DNA from: the human T2T-CHM13v2.0 reference genome, Homo sapiens
Length of the DNA stretch: 64,000 nt
Strand: one strand, 5' to 3'
NCBI RefSeq assembly: GCF_009914755.1
Contig: NC_060937.1
In this document: positions 58,201 to 64,000 of the stretch, in pieces
Position numbering within the stretch: the first letter of the stretch is position 1
Layout of the letters: the number at the start of each line of letters is the position of its first letter
Notes under the pieces: model-generated
Seen by the model: only the letters and a program-made list of their open reading frames with translations
Databases searched by the model: none
What the model was told of the DNA's origin: nothing
Made by a program: the position numbers and the translations under genes

Positions 58201-58508
58201 GTAAATGAAGTAAGGACATTTCAAAAGCATCGAGTGTTCAGAATGTGGGCAGCCTGTCATTTGTCACCATTAGAGATAGCACCTTCCACCTGTCCCATCA
58301 CTGAACCTACAATGGGGCTCTGCACACACAAAGGTACTACCTTGTTGAAATTTCTGTTGCATTTTGAAGTTGAATGGGGCTCAAAGAGCAGAGAGACTAC
58401 TTTTCCATGGCTTAGAAAGACCAGAGGACAGGATACACATAGGATGACACGACGCCTGAACCCACTTCGGTGAAGAGGAGTGCAATTTTGTACAGTATTA
58501 AAACTCCA

Positions 58509-58811
<303 letters not shown>

Positions 58812-58812
58812 T

Positions 58813-58923
58813 CTTCTCCTTTTGGTTTGTTTGCCAACAGACTTTGGCTTCTTGGGCAAAACCCTCATCAGTAACTTTGCTCAAGAAGCTGAAGTCTGTT
58901 GGCAAATAAACCAAAAGGAGGAG
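58813..58923 (+). repeat. Inverted repeat: 48-bp stem (43 Watson-Crick pairs, 5 G.T) with a 15-nt loop
   Basis: 58813-58860 pairs base by base with 58876-58923. Confidence 0.92.
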
Positions 58924-58970
58924 TTTTGGGAAGAAATAAAACACTGTGGCCAGCCATCAATGAGCAAAGT
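58874..58970 (+). repeat. 97-bp dispersed duplicate, copy A
   Basis: 95/97 identical to 60319-60415; ends ACTTTGCTCA...TGAGCAAAGT. Confidence 0.95.
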
Positions 58971-59287
58971 TTACTGAGATCATGTTCAAAAGCACCGACA
59001 ACTCTAAACATCTCAATTAAACTTGAAGGAAGGGCCGGCACAAGGAGAGACACATTTCTCTTAAAACAGCTCACTGCTCCTCCATTCTAATTAAGCAACA
59101 AATAGAATCAGTTCTTATGTGCATTGGTGGTCTTTACAATGTAGCCCGAGGTAAGGACTGCGGAGAGTGTAATTATCCATAATTAGTCTCCCACTGTTGC
59201 CAGGACTTAAACCTGACAAACCCCAACAGGCCTAGAAGTGTGCCGCAAGAGACGGCCGTTTATGTGACGTGATCTGAGAAAGCCCCT

Positions 59288-59705
59288 GGTGAGTCTGTTT
59301 TGCATTGCTATAAAGGAATATTGAGGCTGGGTAATTTAGAAAGAAAAGACGTTTATTTGGCTCATGGTTCTGCAGGCTGTGTACATGCATGGCACTGGCA
59401 TCTGCTCAGCTTCTGGTGAGGCCTCAGGAAGCTTACAATCATGATGGAAGGTGAAGACGGAGCAGGCATGTCACATGGTAACAGGGGGACAAGAGAGAGA
59501 CGTGGGGCGGTGCCAGGCTCCTTTCAACAACCAGCTGTCAGGTGAACTAACAGAACAAGAACTCACTCATTACCGAGGACGGCATCAAGCCTTTCATGAG
59601 GAATCCACCCCATGACCCAAACACCTCCCACCAGGCCCCACCTCCAACATTGGGGATCACATTTTAACATGAGATTTTGAGGGGAAAAACATCCAAACTA
59701 TATCA
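59288..59705 (-). mobile_element. MSTA/MSTB LTR
   Basis: 'agtctgttttgcattgctataaaggaata...ggcatctgctcagcttctggtgaggcctcagg...catccaaactatatca'. Confidence 0.9.
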
Positions 59706-60318
59706 GCCGCACAGGCTAGCCTGCCCTCAAATATCTTCTGTCACAGTTGTGTTATGCGTAGCCCTAAGAAACCTGCGTCGAATGTACCTAGGTTGCCAGA
59801 GAGGGATGTGGGCCCACGATCACTAATCACAACCTTCGTACTGCCAGTCCACCTTAATCAGAAAGGAACGCTACCAGGAAAACAGGGCAAAGACACTTTC
59901 TGATAGAGGTAGAAGAGTCAAGGAAAGATGCTAAAAAATGGGCCATTTTCTGGAATCCCCAGGCCTAGCAGGAGATGCTAGATGAAGCCCTGGTCTTTCC
60001 GAGTCCGATGGACCTGGGTTCCAATTCTGGCTCCACCACACACCTACCAGCTCTGTGATATAGAGAAAAATACTAGAGATACTAGATACTAGAAGAGATA
60101 CTAGAACAGTGCCTGGCACATAACAGATGCTCATTAACTATGAGTGTGTCTCCCTGTGGGCAGGAACTATGGGAGCTTCCTCTTTCTTGTAACCTCTTCA
60201 GTGTGGAAACTTCTCTAAGATCCTTCCAGCCTTGCCTTTGCTCTTCTTTCAATGTCAGGTCTGGCAACACCTCAGGGCCAATTCCAGCAACTCCAGGCTA
60301 AGGTTGAGGCTGGAGGCC

Positions 60319-60415
60319 ACTTTGCTCAAGAAGCTGAAGTCTGTTGGCAAATAAACCAAAAGGAGGAGTTTTTGGAAGAACTAAAACACTGTGGCCAGCC
60401 ATCAATGAGCAAAGT
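60319..60415 (+). repeat. 97-bp dispersed duplicate, copy B
   Basis: 95/97 identical to 58874-58970. Confidence 0.95.
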
Positions 60416-63259
60416 TCAGCTCAGGCACATGTCAGGACGTTTACATGTTTTCCTTCCTGAGGAGTTTCCAGAAGGGCAACTAGGAAGGCTATTAACGCAA
60501 AAGTCTTTTTTAAAAATTGTATTAGAATTCTATTTACCTTTATGCTTAATTGCAAGACTTGAATTTATAAGATCTGAAGCAATTATGAGTTGTGAGTTTT
60601 CTATTTGACCACGTGTCGATGTGGAAAGTTCTAATATCAGCAAACTTTAAGAAATCCCTGCTGTTCCTAAGCACCATACTTGGCACTAGGAAAACAGACA
60701 GATTTTAGATTAATCTATATCCTCGTGGAGTTTACGGCCTCTGTGGGGAAATGGAAATTATGCATGAGAAGAATGAACAGGGTTTCACAGAGGAAAGCTT
60801 GGGAGGCAAACGGAAAGTGCAGGCTGCAAGCCTAACAGGAGATTGACATGTGCCCTGGAGGGCTTAGAACTGGAGGAAATCCGATTGCTGAGGCAAACCG
60901 TAAATCAGTCAGGATGCAGAGAGTCTGCTTAGAGAGAGAGAATGGCTCCAAGGCCCGGAGACGTCACCGTAATCTGATTGAAGGTATTTATATCTAACGA
61001 AAGAATGTGTCAATCTGAAGAGCAGGTGGATTCCCAGAGCCTAGAAAAAACAAGAATCAGTGAGATGGAAGTGGTGACCATGAAGGCAGTGGTCCCACGG
61101 CAGGGCGCTTGCATCCCAGGGACAACCAAGAGGATCCTGCAGGTCACGGGACAAAACAGAACTTCTATTTATATCTTGCTTATCCCTTAAAATGTCTCTG
61201 TGACTTGTCCAGTGTAACTATGTAAGTCTATGACCAAGTCAAGCACGTTGTCAAAATCTATCCCTAATCATTCAACCTAGAACCTTAGTAAGCAGGTGCT
61301 CCCAATATCTGCCAAATGAGTTTAAGACATTTTTGACCAACTCCCCCTCTTCTAGAGAGGGTATCTGCTAGGAGTCTGAAAGAAATTAAGATTTAATGGA
61401 AATTCCTCATTGCCACCATGTCTTTCTTTCACCTGAGCCTCTTGGCTGGAGTTAACCTGTCATGCTACTATAGCTCAAATTTTATAACTCTTTGGTTGTT
61501 GTATAATCAAAAACTTTCAAGTGGTACAAAATGCTTGCTCTAAATCAGGGCTACAGGTTTGAAAAATAAACCATTTAAAAGGAGTTCTAAGCCTTACCAT
61601 CCTACACAAACCTGTTACTCTTAGTGTAATTGGTTGCATGAGTCTGTGCAGCATCTCTTTAGGAGTTGACATGCACTGTGTTAAACTCTTTGGCAAAAAT
61701 GAAGCATGAAGTATTTTGGTTCAAATTGTGATTGGTATGCAAAATGCACAAACTTGGAAAATAAGAGCTTCTTGCTGTGAGGTGCAGTTGATCTCATGAG
61801 GGGCAGCAGATGCCATTGTGAAGAGCACTCACTGCTGAGCTTGTGTGTGGCCTTCGGCAAGATATTCAAGTTCTCTGGCTTCAGTTGCCTCATTAATAAA
61901 ATCGGATTAAAAACAAGTTTCCTCACCTGGTTGCTGTGAAGATTGAAGGAAGTACTATCTATAAGCATTGTGTTTGCTACATAGGTAAAGCTCAGGAATA
62001 ATTTTTTAAAAATGTAAAGTTGCATGACATATGCATAAACATTTCATCTGTTTCACAAATATCCTGTGACAAAGTGATGGCTTGCAAAATAATGAAAGGA
62101 GACAATAGCAGATGGTTTTTCACTGATATGAAAATAGTGGGGTTTTTTTTCCATCACAGAATTATGAGTTGGTCAGAGGAAAGAATGGTGAAGATTTCAG
62201 TAAAGAGTAACCCAAATGTCTGAATAAAATCTGCAAAAACAATTTTCTTCCCGAGGACTGGAAGTGGCATGGACAGTTGGGCAATAAAAGAACAGCAGTG
62301 ATTTTCTGCTCCATTTCTACAACAACAACAAAAACACGATGGTGGAAAACAATGCCAAGTGGAAATCTTCATTCCTTGGGGATAGAAAAACACATCCTCT
62401 TCTTTAAGAACTATAACCACAGATTGCAGCAACAAGATGCGCAGAGAAAAGCTTGGTTGGGTTGAGCCAACCGTATGCGGCAAATGATTAAAAAGATGGT
62501 GTCCCTCTGGGAGAGCAGAGGGCCAGTCACCAGGAGGAGCAAGAGGAACAAAGAGCTCTCATTCACATCCGCAATGCTGACGGGACGTGCGTTTTCCTCA
62601 GCAAACTGGCAAGCTCCCTGGAAAGGGAAGATTAATACGAGCAGGGAATACGAACTCTCTCCAGCAAACCGTGCCCATTGTCAGCCTGGGGAGAGTGCTG
62701 AGGAATGAATGGATGGTCATTGATCCTGGACTAGGAGGACTTGAATGAATTCCTTCCCCTGATTCCCAACTCCCCCTACCTTGATTTAACTCACACGCAG
62801 CAATTCTCATTTATCCAATGTCCCTGGGCAAGAGCTAGTCCATGTGAATTCATTTTACCAAAAACTGAGCTGATCTGTTTGAATTTCAGATGTACGCTTA
62901 ATTAAGGTTTCACTTTCTTTGGTAGAAATCTTTTAAAAATTAACGTCAGAGCTCTTTGCCCTCTGGAAGTACAGGGAACTTTACTGAGATGGCCCAAGAG
63001 GGAGCACCGAGTGCAGAGTGCACACCTGGGTGCTCAGCCTCACCCCGCGCTGTTGCTTTGCTCATTTATTTCTATTTATGAATCAAGGTTGTTAATGTGA
63101 ATGTCATTAATGCAATAATACCTCTATAGAGGCAGACAGGGTGGGAGACAAGGCTGAGGAGGGACAGAGGGCTGTGCTTCTCCAGTATTCTCGTCCATGC
63201 TGTCCAACCCTCACACCCTGAACCAGGAGGCTGGTATTGGTCATTTCTGGGTCCTCTCG

Positions 63260-64000
63260 TCCCGCCTACTCCTGCTCATCCAGACTCATGGCTTTCAATG
63301 CCATCTATATGTTCATGCCTTCCCTCAACGACAGACTTGTTTATACATCTGCCTACTAGGAAGCTCCGTGAGGATGTTGAATCAGTAACTCAAGCGAAAC
63401 AGCCCCAGACTCAGCCTTGCTCCAATTCCCCAGACCTCTTCCTCCCACTCTGCCGCATCTCAGCAAGGACAACTCCATCCTTCCAGTTGCTCAAGCCCAA
63501 CAACTTGAAGTCATCCTTGACAGTTTTCTTTCCACACTCCCTACCTCCAGGCCCTCAGTAAATCCTGTAAGCTCCACCTGCAAAATACAGTCTACAGAGG
63601 CTGACTGCTTCTCACCTTGCTGCTGCTCCCACTTCTGGCCACACTGCTACTGCTCTTTCCTGGATTACTGCACAGCTTCCTGCCTGGCCTTTCAGCTTCT
63701 GGCCTTGTCTCCCTGTTCTCAACACAAAAATCAGTCATCCTTCTAATCACGTTGCTCTGCAAAGTCAAACTCCTGTCAGTGGCCTGCAAGGTCCGAGGGA
63801 TCTGAATCCTCATTCCTTCTCTGTCCTCATCTCCTCAGACTCTTCCCCTGCGCTCAATCAGCTTCATTCACCACCCAAGCTCCTTGCTGTTCCCACTCAG
63901 GGCCTTTGCGCCCACTTGCTGCTTCCTCTGCCCGCAATACTGTTCACCTGAATATACATGTGACTCCTCCCCCGACTTCAGGTCCTTACTCAAACATCGC
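63260..64000 (+). mobile_element. L2 (L2a-like) 3' region
   Basis: 'ctcatggctttcaatgccatctatatg...caactccatccttccagttgctcaagccc...ttcctggattactgc...ctcagggcctttgc'. Confidence 0.85.

Overview
Primate, very probably human, genomic DNA. It contains AluJ/AluS/AluY, L1PA and old L1M, MaLR LTRs (THE1/MST/MLT1), MER5/MER20, MIR and L2. I see no recognisable protein-coding gene, RNA gene or CRISPR array, and I could not name the locus. The supplied ORFs are almost all chance or repeat-derived. The main non-repeat feature is an orphan CpG island (~11.2-11.75 kb) holding (GGC)9, a strong-Kozak ATG in the poly-Ala frame, a poly-Gly frame, a CTCF-like motif and a downstream splice donor. Structures worth follow-up: (1) a 97-bp unit with 10-bp terminal inverted repeats present twice 1.45 kb apart, with a third inverted partial copy forming a 48-bp hairpin; (2) a 78-nt retrocopy of an mRNA 3' end with AATAAA, poly(A) and target-site duplication (TSD); (3) a perfect 27-bp palindrome; (4) a 3x48-bp tandem repeat carrying octamer motifs; (5) a twin-primed L1 with a possible short 3' transduction; (6) several template-switch or end-joining scars. 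I found no evidence of a new multi-gene system. Repeat subfamily calls and old-repeat boundaries were made by eye and are approximate.
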